Source of the DNA: Mobula hypostoma
Lineage: Eukaryota
Length of the DNA: 64,000 nucleotides
Assembly: GCF_963921235.1 (NCBI RefSeq)
Contig: NC_086097.1
Location: forward strand, 68,388,001 to 68,452,000
Reading direction: 5' to 3'
Of this stretch, positions 38,670-50,507 are shown in pieces. Under the pieces are notes generated by a model that saw nothing but the letters and a program-made list of their open reading frames with translations, did not search any database and was not told the DNA's origin. A program made the translations under genes and the position numbers. Each line of letters starts with the position of its first letter. Position 1 is the first letter of the stretch.

Positions 38670-39425
38670 AAGAGATTGCAGATGCTGGAATCTGGACTCT
38701 AGAGCAAAACATAAAATGCAGGAAAACTCAGCAAGTCAAGCAGAATCTGTGAGGCAAAAGGACATGTTACATTGTGGGTCTAGAACTTGCATCAGGACTG
38801 GGTGGGGAAGTTAGCCAAAGTAAAGAAGTGCAGTTGAGAGGTGGTAAAGAATCTTGTAGGTGGTAGTCAGACAGCAGAACTGTCCCAGGTGGGTCAGCAA
38901 TTCATGGACCAAATGAAGACCAGGAGACCATTCTACAGACTCTTGTGCTCTGTCTGTAATAGCCAACTTTAGATTTTGATTGCATGTCATTTCAACTTTC
39001 CATCCCATTCGCACATCAACTCCCTGCCCATGGCCTTCTCCATTGTCACAATGAAGCCAAATGCAAACTAGAAAACACCTCATATTCTGTATAGGTAACT
39101 TATAACCCAATGGTATGTACAGTGTATTTTCCAATTTCAGGTAACCATCAGCTCCTATGTTTCTTTCTTCCCACACCCATTAGTCATTACAGTTTCTCTC
39201 TTCCTTTTCTCATCTTTCCTTTTCTCCCACTTGACTTCATCTATCCATTATTTCCTCAACACACTCCCTTCCACCATCTAGTTCCACCTATCTCCTACCC
39301 CAGCTCCTGTCCCTTCCTTCATCTAATTCTATAGCCTGGCCACCTTTCCTCTTCCTCTACTCTGGATTGAAGTTCTCAATCTGCAACATTAACACATCTG
39401 GAGGAGTTCTTCCAGCAGTTTACCT
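38670..39425. mobile_element. Old Penelope-like remnant with inverted terminal piece
   Basis: Minus-strand terminus (gattgcagatgctggaatct) then plus-strand decayed GIY-YIG C-terminal region and pyrimidine-rich UTR like 33939-34650. Confidence 0.6.
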
Positions 39426-40243
39426 GAAGATTCAATCAGGCATTTGCTCATTTCAAGCATAGAAGATAACAAAGATTCGAGGAAGTAACCAAGAACAGAG
39501 ATATGACTAAAATACTATGATTTCAATTGAAAAACATACTCTTTTATTCTTAATTTGAAATGGTATTTTGATTTTATGATTGTATACTTCTTGAAATTAA
39601 CTAACAAGATAGATATTTCACATATGACTTTACTTTCATAAATCCATGCTGACTTCGACCAATTTCACTATCATAATCCAAGTGCCTGATTACAATTTTA
39701 TTAATAATAGACTTTAGCATTTTCCTTACTTATTAGTATTAAGGTTAATGATCAGTTTTTTATTCTCCCTAATTTTTTAAGCTATGGGTTTTAATTTGCT
39801 GCTTTCTAATCTGATAACTTTACAAAAATCTGTGGAATTTTATATAACCAATGCATTAAACATCTGCGTGGTTTAGTCTTGGTCATTTTAGTCCATCTTG
39901 GTCATCAAGGACTTTAAAGTCTTTGTCACGCTTATTGTTAAAACATAGCTAAATGAAGTGTAGTGGTTTGTAGGGGCAAAAAGTGTAGGCACAAAAAAGA
40001 TCTTCCTATAGCTGCAAACAGTGTGACTGAGGTACTAAATTAGTGCAAGCATCAGTTTTAAGTTGACAAGAGGATTCTGTTAACACAGCAGTGAAGGAGA
40101 AGACATGATAATATTAAGGCAGCAGGTAGAGATATTGCCTCACAGTTTCAGCAATCTAGATGCTATCTTTATGGAGTTTGCATGTTCTCTCTGTGTACAA
40201 GCAGATTTACTCCTGGTGGTCCTGTTTTCTGCTATATCGCAAA

Positions 40244-41043
40244 TGTCACGTAGCCCATGACGGGTTAAAGAACCAGCAGAAATGGAAAACACTTTGGAGT
40301 CCAGTATTGCTATTAACTAATGGTATTTATTAGTAACTACACAATACAGTAATATAAATACAGATATATCAAATAGGTTAGCAATGATTATATATATAAA
40401 TGTGGAAATATATGAAAACCAAGCTTCTTCAAGTTTAGGGGTAAATAGATAGTCTTATAATGATGAGTAAAGTTCAGTTCAGTTCATGGTATTGAGTTAA
40501 GTAGGGATGGAAGAGAGAGAGATTTGAGTCTTCAGGTGAGTTGACACCGTCGATCTTCCCGTTGTCCTCCAAAGTCCTTTAGAAGTCACCGACTGTGACC
40601 ATAACAAAGGGGACCGTTCTTCTGTGGTGGAATTATCAACCCAGGCGAGGGTTGGTAACACGAATAACGCCCCACCGGTCACACCCTTTTCACACTGCGT
40701 GAGCCACTGATCGATCCACCTGATCGATCCTCCCAAAACCCACCTTTTCTGTGGGTACAACAAAGCTCATTCAGTGTCCAAAACCATGTGTTCCTAGGTC
40801 TATCATCTGACCTTCTATTTGTCTCACCATGCTGAATACCAACAGTCGCTCAAGTAGATCCTCCCTTCTCTCTCTGTAAGAGCTTACAAGCAAGCAGCGT
40901 CCTTGTAGAAAGTATAAGCAAACTGTGAGCAGTCTTCGCTTCTCCCTCTCTTTTTAACAAGGTGTCTGTGTTCCACAACTCTCTCTCTCTCTCTCTCTCT
41001 TTTAAAAGCACAGTTTATAGGGGTAATTCAGGACCCCGTCACA
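40244..41043 (-). mobile_element. Solo LTR (800 bp) with 5-bp TSD, inserted in an old SINE
   Basis: TG...CA termini (tgtcacg / cgtcaca); gcaaa at 40239-40243 and 41044-41048; AATAAA on the minus strand near 40326; internal (CT)n at ~40979-41000; upstream ggagtttgcatgttctc V-SINE core. Confidence 0.88.
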
Positions 41044-41629
41044 GCAAATAAGTCCCAGTGATTTAAGTTGACATTGTAACCTGCAATAAGTTAGAGTATA
41101 TGGAAGATAGAAGTATGAAGAAGAATTGATGGGAATAGGAGAGAGAATAGACTCTGGGCAATGATTCTGCTGCAGAAACACAGTATCTTGTATGTATACA
41201 GTATGTGCACAAGTTTTTGAAAGTACAAGACAAGTTGAGAAGTTTGCTGGAAAAGAATATGGAATCTTTGGTTTAATTTGTAAAGAAACAGAATAACAAA
41301 ATATAAATGTAATGGTCATTATTCATAAAATAAAGAAGGCTTCAGATAGAATATTGTTTCAGTTCAAAGCTTTACTTGAAATAAATGTCTAGCTTTGGAG
41401 AGAATGCAAAAGTGATTTGTGGGAATGGTACCAGAGAAAATGCCCTTTAGTTCTGTGAAGTGATTGGAGAAGTTAGGGTTGTTCTCCGCAGATTATATTG
41501 AGATTTGGTAAATTTATTCAAAATCATAAATTATGTTGATTGTATAAATAGATCTGGAAACAATTTCTTTTAAAGTGATTAGCAAGAAGAGATGCACAGA
41601 AAAAACTTTTAGAACACCAGAGGCTGCTG

Positions 41630-42605
41630 GGTAACCTGTCCTCATTGGGACTCAACACCTGTCTCTGTAAATGGTTCTTGGATGTCTTAATAGAAAGACA
41701 CAATCAGTTCAAGTTGGCAACAACATCTCAAGTTCCATCAAACTGAGCAATGGGGTTGTGTGCTTAGTCCACTGTTGTTCACAATGCTGACTCCCGACTG
41801 TACTACCAGAGCCAGCTTAAACCACATCAAGTTCACTGATGATACAACCATGGTTGGCCTCATCAGCAACAATGAGTCAATATACAGAGAGGAGGTAGAG
41901 AGGCATGTCAAATGGTATGAGAACATCAACCTGAGCCTCAATGTGGACAACACAAAAGAGATGACTGCGGACATTGGGAAAGCATATATTGATCACTCCA
42001 TCGCACACCAATGGCTCTGCCATGAGGAGAATAAATTGCACAAAATTCCTTGGTGTGCACATAATGGACAATCTAAACTGGGCCTACAACACGTTCTCAT
42101 TAGTCAAGAAGGCACAACAGTGTCCACACTTTCTGAGGAGATCAAGGCAAACAAGCTCCCCGGCCCCATACTAACAACTTTCTACAGGAGCACCACTGAG
42201 TGACCTGTCAGGTTGCATCATTGCGTGTTACGGAAGCTGCAAGACATTGAACAGCAAGACTCTACAGAAGATAGTAAAAACTGCCTAAAGGATCAGCGTG
42301 ATCCTCTCCCCACCTCCCATTTGTGACATTTATCAGGAGCGTTGTATATGAAGGGCCTGAAGTATTGTTGAGGATCCCTACCACCCAACACACAATCTCC
42401 TTGACCCACTACCATCAGGAAGGAGGTATGGCATTATCAGGACTAGGACTGCCATTCAGGGTAACAGTATCTAATGAATACCCTGCCACCACCAAAGTCT
42501 CATCACTAAGACAGTGTGCTGTTTACTGTTTACCCGTGCTGTGTACTATGTGTACTTTGAATTATATTTTATTAACTAATTTGTTGGTAATACTTTGTTT
42601 TATAT
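41630..42605 (+). mobile_element. Rex1/Babar LINE fragment
   Basis: LSPLLFTMLTPDC...IKFTDDTTMVGLISNNESIYREEV...LSLNVDNTKEM. Confidence 0.88.
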
Positions 42606-43740
42606 CAGCGGTCCCCAACCACCGGGCCGCGGACCCGTACTGGGCCACAAAGCATGTGTCACCGGGCCGCAAAGAAACGATATGATTTGGCAATAGGAGT
42701 CAGCTGCACCTTTCCTCATTCCCTGTCACGCCCCTGTTGAACTTGAACGCATGCAAGGTCATTACCCGCGCGCCATCCATGTCAGCATGGGAAGGAGATC
42801 AACTCCTCCAGCTTGCAAATGACGGCGGGCTGAAAAGTATGTTTGACATAACATCTCTGCCGGCATTCTGGATCAAAGTCAAGGCTGAATATCCTGAGAT
42901 AGCCACGAAAGCACTGAAAACGTTGCTTCCATTTCCAACATATCTCTGCAATGAATGCAACGAAAACTAAATTGCGGAATAGACTGGACATAAAGAACCC
43001 CGTTCGAGTATCGCTGTCTCCCATAACCCCTCGATAGGACCGTCTTGAGCCCAGGGCTCCCACTGATACAGCGATATTGGTGTGTTGCAATGATTTTATA
43101 TGTTCATACGGGGAAAATATGTGCTGTGTGTTTAATATCCAAACGTTACTTAAAATATTAAGATGCTATTGACATATTAACATATAACAATTACAGCATT
43201 GAAACAGGCCATCTCGGCCCTTCTAGTCCATGCCGAACGCTACTCTCACCTAGTCCCACTGACCTGCACTCAGCCCACAACCCTCCATTCCTTTCCTGTC
43301 CATATAGCTATCCAATTTTTCTTTAAGTGATAATATCCAACCTGCATCTACCACTTCTACTGGAAGTTCGTTCAATACTTACTTCAAGCTCCCCTGTCCT
43401 CCCCTGATAATTGACTTATCGTTATATTCATGCGAGGAAAATATGCGCTGTGTGTTTAATATTAACTTCATTAGATAAGCCCTTTTAGAAATGAAATTGA
43501 GTGTATTAGCCACTTATCACCTATATTCCAGTCGTGATTAACACTCCCCCCGCCCCCGAACAGAATCGCCAAAAATCGACATGTACACGCATGTGCACTG
43601 GTGCCCGCACAAGGCTTCATGGTCATTATAGTCTTTTCAGGGTAAACACAACGTATTTTACTGCTACTCTTGTCCGTTGGCAACCATCCTCCCCCCCCCG
43701 CCCCCGGTCGGCCGGTCCGCAAGAATATTGTCAATAATAA
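42606..43740 (+). mobile_element. Non-autonomous hAT-Charlie element (Charlie3/MER1-like), right TIR missing, with internal CR1 tail (~43180-43370)
   Basis: Left terminus CAGCGGTCCCCAACC-accgggccgcggacc; hAT dimerisation-domain remnant LANDGGLKSMFDITSLPAFWIKVKAEYPEIATKALKTLLPFPT. Confidence 0.85.
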
Positions 43741-43899
43741 GTCAATGATAGAATAGAATGCAGGAGACATTAAATAACGGAAGACAGTGATAGTGCAAGA
43801 TGAAAGAATTTGGTAATACAAACCATAAAAGATGAAAATGTTTGATTGAAGGAGGTATAATACAGAATTTGCCAAAAAAGGGGAAGTCAATATGGAAAT

Positions 43900-44170
43900 T
43901 TTGAAATCTGCAAATGTTAATTATCATAATGTTGAGTTTGGAAAGCTACAATGTGCCCAACCAAAGTTTGAGGCTCTGTTTTTTGAAGGTTTGTTGATTT
44001 TTGTCAGAATGGTGTGATAGATCAAGTAAGTTAAGATAATGAGGAAAGTACGAGCAATTAAACATTTAGAATCATGCCTACACACTGAAAGAACATTTCT
44101 CTCAATGTGGTCACCTAATCTATCCTTGGTTTCCATGTTGCAGAAAAGATCACATAGAAATAAAATGGTA
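43900..44170 (-). mobile_element. Very decayed Penelope GIY-YIG fragment
   Basis: ETKDRLGDH..VLSVCRHDS parallels GETRCRLGD..EHLHSVHQ of the 34373-34665 copy. Confidence 0.45.
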
Positions 44171-46924
44171 AACAACTACCACAAATATCAATAATTTTCA
44201 CCTTTATCTGCACCTCTACTTAAGCATTTTGCCATCAGAGGAATACACATGTCTGATTTGTCTATAATTTATGATACATTGAGAATTTAATATTCCAGTT
44301 GTGAATTAATTATTTTTGGCTGAAAAGCTTGCAACCTTTTTATGAACTGTAAATGGAACATTGACACAGGTGTTAATGAATTGTTTTATACAACTTTTGT
44401 GTTACAAGTTTCCAGCCATAATTTCCTTTGAAAAGGTGGTGGTGATCTGTCTTCTTAAATTGTGACAACCTTTCCCATTGAGGCATTCTCATAATGCTGT
44501 TGAGGTAAATATTCCAAGGACCTGAAACTTACAATAACAAACAAATGGCATCTATATCCAAGTCAATATAATGTGTGACCAGAATGAGAACCCACAGATG
44601 ATGGCGATTCCATGTGCTTGAAATCTTTGTCCGTTTTTGGCGTGAGAAGCTGCATACTTGGTAGGTGCAGTCAAGATATTTTAGTTGAGTAACTGTGGCG
44701 TACTTTATAAATGATACATACTGTAGCTACTGCATTCATGGCCATGGCACAGTGAATATACAGAACCATTCAACTGGATTGCTATGTCCTGGTTGGTACT
44801 GAGCTTTTGAAATGATATTGGAGCTACACTCATTGAAGTGAGCATTCCGAAAACACACCTGATTTGTCAATTGTAGAAAATTGATCAGATGAAACATTAA
44901 CTTCAAGATACCCAGCCTCTAACCTGCTCTTGCTGAATTTGTGGTCAATGAAATCTCCTTACACCTTGATGGTGGAGGACTCAACAATGACATTCCAAGG
45001 TTCGCTGCTATATAAATCTGCCACTAAAATTTTACTTGAAGCATTTCACTGTATGATCAAAGAATTCTGCATTTCTAATTTTTTGATGGTTTAGGAATAT
45101 TGAAATTAAGTATATTTATTCACACTAGTCAGGAGTCGATGATATTCATTTTCAGAGTATCCTATTCTAAAGCTTAAAAAAAGTGTATAATTTTTGAACA
45201 GAAATCGAGTTAACTATTCTGATGAACCGCATAATCATGAAGTCCTGACTAAATGAACAGTTGGTTAGCAGCTGCTGTCATTTTACATTGCATTAATTCA
45301 AATAATAATGTTAACAGCTTTTTTAAATAGAGGCAATTAGCCAAGATGTTTCTTCAGATGTTGGATCAAGTTGGTTCAATTAGCTGGCAATTAGAAAGAC
45401 CCACTGTAGAATAATTTTCTGAGGACATGCTTTGCAAATATTCACTGTCTTGTTTTCCCATTCATGAAAGTAAAACTAAAATCCTGCAAATAATCTGTTA
45501 GAGGTTAAACGGATACTCTCTTAATTATTAACTCTATCACTTTCTGGAGTTGTCAACTTAACAGTGATATTGGCCATTTTGTTGACACAAAATTCTTACA
45601 AATCTCTGCACCCATCTAAATGCTTTAGCTGAGTGGTCAAATGACACTTTACGTGTTTCAGCAGATACACCTGGACAGAATGTCACAAGTGCTGCTTGAT
45701 TTTAAAATGCTACAACGGAACCACAAAGTATTAACAGAAGACTTTCTTGCAGAGTCTTACTACGTCTTGAATACCTATCCTTTAATCACGCGTCACTGCT
45801 CACGATCCTTGCACTCATTTAGTCTGAAAGCACACCACCAGTACCAGGAGATAGATAATGAGGCAAAGCAATATGCCTCTGGCAGAGAGTCCTAAGGCTT
45901 GGCCTGATAGAAGGTGAGCTGTTATTTAGAAACACTTAAATATATCTGATATTCAAAAGCATTTAGAAAAAGATACCGTGGATATAAATAATAAAAAAAC
46001 TCCTCAAAAATAATTACAACACCAAAATCAATATAAGACATTAAAATAAAATATCAAAGAAATATCTAAACTTACTTTTTCTTTGAAATCTCCAAGCCAG
46101 GAATCAATTCAGATGAATGGGCCATCTTAAGTCATGCCTGGTCTCAATAGCATAAAATTAAAGTGTAGAATTCCTCACTGAAGTTCACTCATTGAAGTTC
46201 AGAGTTTTGCAGTCAGTTGCACTAGTGTAAAATTTAAATGACTGAAAATTAATGGTTCTGATCAGACTTGCTAATTCCAGTCAGCAAAGTTCACCTATTG
46301 TGTTCTCTCTCTCTTCTGAATTCATTGTTCTCCTCTCCTCCCTGAATGTGTCCTTCATGTTCTTGACCACCTACTTAACCTTTAGGAAACACTGAGGATG
46401 ACCACGAGAACTCCAGCATAGGGGGAATTGTGTGAGCAGAGCAATGGTTCTTGAGATCTAGGACTCACAAGCAAAATCTGAAGAAGAGGATCACGAAATC
46501 AAGGAAAATGAAGAAGAATTCAGGCAATTTGAGATGGAGAGAGGTTGTTGCCAATATGGTATCTGAAATCACTGGAGGGACGCAGAGTTGTGGCAGCATT
46601 TTATAAACCTTCCTTCCTTGAATTTACGATTTAGGAACAGGCTACTTGGCACAATAAATTCATACCATTGTTTATGCTGATTAAAACCATCTGTCACCCT
46701 CACCTAACTTAGAAAACTGTAATCCCTTCTGCCTCATAATTTTTTTCAGCTTCCCCTTAAATGCATCGATACTATTTATGTTAATTACTCCTGGTGGTGG
46801 GAAATTCCACTATCTTCTAGGTAAAGTGGCTTTGCATTTGTTTTTGTTCAAATTTTGATTTTTTGATAAGATAAACATTTCAAAAACCTCTGGTTTATCT
46901 CCTCTCCAGAAGAAGAAGCATTCT

Positions 46925-47250
46925 GTGCTATCCTTTTCTCACTATTACCATCAGGCAGGAGGTACAGAAGCCTGAAGACACACACTCAGCGATTCAGGAA
47001 CGGCTTCTTCCTCGCTGCCATCCGATTCCTAAATGGACATTGAACCTGTGAACATTACCTCACTTTTTTAATATATATTATTTCTGTTTTTGTACGATTT
47101 TTAAATCTATTCAATATACGTATACTGTAATTTATTTATTATTAAAAAAACATTTTCTTCTTCTTCTATATTATGTATTGTATTGAACTGCTGCTGCTAA
47201 ATTAACAGATTTCACGGCACATGCCGGTGATAATAAACTTGAGTCTGATT
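46925..47250 (+). mobile_element. Rex1/Babar 3' end
   Basis: ccatcaggcaggaggtacagaagcctgaagacacacactcagcgattcaggaac (LPSGRRYRSLKTHTQRFRN); tail ggtgataataaactt. Confidence 0.85.
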
Positions 47251-47471
47251 CCACTGTGCTGTTTATAACATCTAATAATTTATGTACTTGTTTCTCCTAG
47301 ATCACTCTATAGCTCCATGCCATAAAGATTGTTATATTCTAAGTAAGAAGTGTTCTCCAGAACTTTTTTTTCACCACTGTTATACATCACAATTAACACT
47401 GAAATTCACTTTCTAATTATAGATCTATTTCATCAATATATAAAACTTTGTGGACAAGCTAGCGTACGTTA

Positions 47472-48320
47472 TGAAGATAGGTGAAGGGGTAGGTAGTGTT
47501 GAGGAAACAGGGAGTCTGCAGAAGGTCTTAGATTGGGAGAATGAGCAAAGAAATAGCAGATGGAATATAGTGTAGGGAAGTATATGGTCATACATTTTAG
47601 TAGAAGAAATAAAGATGTCGTCTACTGTCTAAATGGGGAGGAAATTCAAAAGTTAGGGATGCAAAGGGACTTGGGAGACCTCTTTCAGGATTTCCTCAAA
47701 ATTAACTTGGAGTATGAGTCAGTGGTAAGGAAGGCAAATGCAATGTCAACATTCATTTCAAGAGGACTAAAATATAAGAGCAAGGATGTTATGCTGATGC
47801 ATTGCTCAGACCACACTTGGAGTATTGTGAGCAGTTTCGGGCCTTTTATCTAAAAAAAAATGTGCTGGCATTGGAGAGGGATCAGAGGAGGTTCACAAGA
47901 AGGATTCCGGGAACGAAAGGGTTAATTTGATGGCTCTGGGCCCGTTGTCACTGAACTTTAGATGAATCTCACTGAAATCTATCAAATATTGAAAGGCCAA
48001 GACAGAGTGGATGTGGAGTGGACATTTCCTATAGTGGGAGAGGCTAGGACTAGAGACTACAGCCTCAGAATAGAGGGATATCCATTTAGAACAGAGACGA
48101 GGAGGTTTCTTTAACCAGAAGGAATAGAATCTGTGGAATTCATTGCCACAGATGGCTGTGGAGGCCAAGTCATTGGGTTTATCTAGTCTGAGCATCAAAG
48201 ATTATAGGGAGAAAGCAGGAGAATGGGTCATGAATCATAATAAATCAGCCATGATGAAATGGCAATGTAGATTTGATGGGCCGAATAGCCTAATTTTACT
48301 CCTATGTCTTATGGCCTTAT
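47472..48320 (+). mobile_element. 5'-truncated CR1-type LINE
   Basis: QRDLG..VVRKANAM..FISRGLKYKSKDV; tail cctatgtcttatggccttat. Confidence 0.9.
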
Positions 48321-48469
48321 AAATTATCAATAACTTGTAATTTGTTGCAGTTCTCAACATTAATTATATTGTTTATAGTTAACTGTTGTTACTGGCAAAT
48401 CTATGAATTATATATTTTAATCCCGTATTTCATTCTGCTCCTCTGTTGAGCCACCTCCCTACAGTAATG

Positions 48470-48567
48470 TTAGTCCTGACGAAGGGTCTCGGCCTGAAAC
48501 GTCGACTGCGCCTCTTCCTATAGATGCTGCCTGGCCTGCTGCGTTCACCAGCAACTTTGATGTGTGT
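48470..48567 (+). mobile_element. 98-bp Penelope-derived mini-insertion with perfect 14-bp TSD
   Basis: tccctacagtaatg at 48456-48469 and 48568-48581; insert near-identical to the reverse complement of ~33980-34077. Confidence 0.92.
48471..48508 (+). ncRNA. Minimal type I hammerhead ribozyme motif, intact core
   Basis: agtc-CTGACGA-agg(gtctcgg)cct-GAAA-c-GTC-gact: stem I agtc/gact, CUGANGA box, stem II agg/cct, GAAA box, palindromic ACGT stem III, GUC cleavage triplet at 48501-48503. Expression not shown. Confidence 0.8.
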
Positions 48568-49214
48568 TCCCTACAGTAATGCTCACTTTCTGTCTAAGAG
48601 AAAGGAAGCAAGAAGGAAGATGGTAAATCTCATTATTATCCTGTCTATCAGTTCATTTTGTACTCTCAGATAATGCCCTCTTTTCTCATCATTGTAGTTG
48701 CTTTTTCTTAATGTAAAGCATATTAACATAAAATTTTTCCACTTCTGGCAATACATCAGAAGTTCACCCAAAACAGATGTATAGTAAAAGTTGGAGTTCA
48801 ACAATGTGCAACAACTATGTGGGAATGAATAAATGGAAAATATACTATATATGAAAATACATATTGTTAAATGCCATATCATTATGACATACAGCAACAT
48901 CCATGTTTTAATACAAATATTCCAAAAATAATTAATCTAATTTAATTTTCTCAATGCTTGCACAATTTCCAAATCTTGGCAAGTCTATAACAGATATTTT
49001 TGATTATATATTTTGCAAAAGTATAGAAGCAAGTAAATAAAAACATTAAGTTATTTTCTAGATTTCATTTCTAAACATCCGTAAATAAACCACAAACACA
49101 AACGCAGTTGGAGTTTTGAGCCATTGATAACAGAAAATAAATGATTAAAACTGCTTGCACAATCCTGTAAGCTCTATTTTCTTTTAAATACCTATGGGGG
49201 CGGGGAACAACACA

Positions 49215-49630
49215 TTCATCCCTCTAACTCAGTATTTTGTGGGGTCAAGGTTCACCCCAAAGCCTGTGCACAAAAATAGTCTATGATTTCACAGCAGTAT
49301 CATATGATTGCCGCATTGTCTAGGATGTAATTTTTCAAACAAGACATCAAACCATCATACTCCCCTTCAGTGGAAATAAAAGAGGGTAATTACATTATTT
49401 TGAAGAGCAGGAGTTTAAACTCTGGAATTCAGATCAATATTGACCTTCCATTAATTTTCCAATGGAAATTATCTTATAATTATCACACGATTGTTTTTGA
49501 GTTTGTTGTGTGCAAAATGGCTGCTGCCATGTTACAGTACAAGCACTACACTTCAAAAGCACTCATGGCTTGTAATGATATTTAAGATTACCCGAGGTCA
49601 TGAAAGACACAATTTACATGCAAGTAATCT
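49215..49630 (+). mobile_element. Old DeuSINE (SacSINE1/AmnSINE1-like)
   Basis: gtgtgcaaaatggctgc, actacacttcaaaag, gaggtcatgaaag, atgcaagt and tgaagagcaggagtt in consensus order. Confidence 0.7.
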
Positions 49631-50262
49631 TTCCTTAAAAATCGTTAATTGCTTGAGGAAACACATCACTATGAATTCATACTAATATGCAGAATGGATG
49701 CTGAGTAATATGCTAAATAATCAAATTCAGACAATTTAGATGCAATTGGGAATTTTGCCCAACTATTCAGAAGCAACAGTTAAAACCAGGGGAGATTATC
49801 CACACTGAGACTTTGAAGTAGAAACTTCATAAAAACAGTAATAAATGCAACTATTATAAATTATGGTGTTTCTCATTTAAAATCTGACATGATTTCAAAT
49901 CATATTCTATAAGAACAAATCATGTTCTTACTACTAAAATATTGATGATTCCTTTTTCAAAATCACTCACAATGATTCAATTAGTTCTTCAATTAATTAT
50001 GACAGGTAAGTGTACATTGAATGAAATGCCTTTGTAAAATTGTAAGGCAGTTTCAGTGCAATTTCTTGATGCAAAATCATTTCCAAGCAATGACCACTGG
50101 TTAAAAGATATCCACATGGCATTAACAAAAGATTCCATTAATTTTATATATCATGTTTTTGTTAATAGGATAACTGTCAAATATGTCAAAATCAAACAAT
50201 AGGTCTGTAGTACAGCAAAGTACGTATCAGTATAGCTGTTCTAATCTGAACTCAAGTCATAC

Positions 50263-50507
50263 CTTTCACAGATGTATTAGGAGGGGGACCCTCCATCCTT
50301 AAATTCCAGGGAGGGTCACCTAGGTTCGCAAAGTCCCTCATTTTCAGATAACTAATGGTAAGACGAATTATTGATGCCTTATCTAACTGGCTTGTGATGG
50401 CTGCTGGGAGTGGCAGTAGTTTTGCCAATTCGTAGAACTCAAAGTTTTCTTTTCCTCGGCGAGATCGGGCTGCATCTCGAGATTTCTCCTTCCGCAGGGC
50501 TTGTAAA
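50263..50507 (-). CDS. NPAS3: Internal coding exon (bHLH domain) of neuronal PAS domain protein 3; rest of window is intronic
   Basis: Minus strand: pyrimidine tract plus AG acceptor (ctttctctctcag|, AG at 50509-50508) and donor AAG|gtatga (GT at 50262-50261). 245 nt = 1 nt + 81 codons + 1 nt, no stops: [81 protein letters not shown]. Matches the recalled NPAS3 bHLH; the [19 protein letters not shown] tail separates it from SIM1/2, HIF and NPAS1. Confidence 0.95.

Noticed and set aside
1..50200. Next NPAS3 exon ([26 protein letters not shown]) or PAS exons
   Set aside because: No matching minus-strand frame found by eye; the exon probably lies beyond the window start. tBLASTn would settle it.
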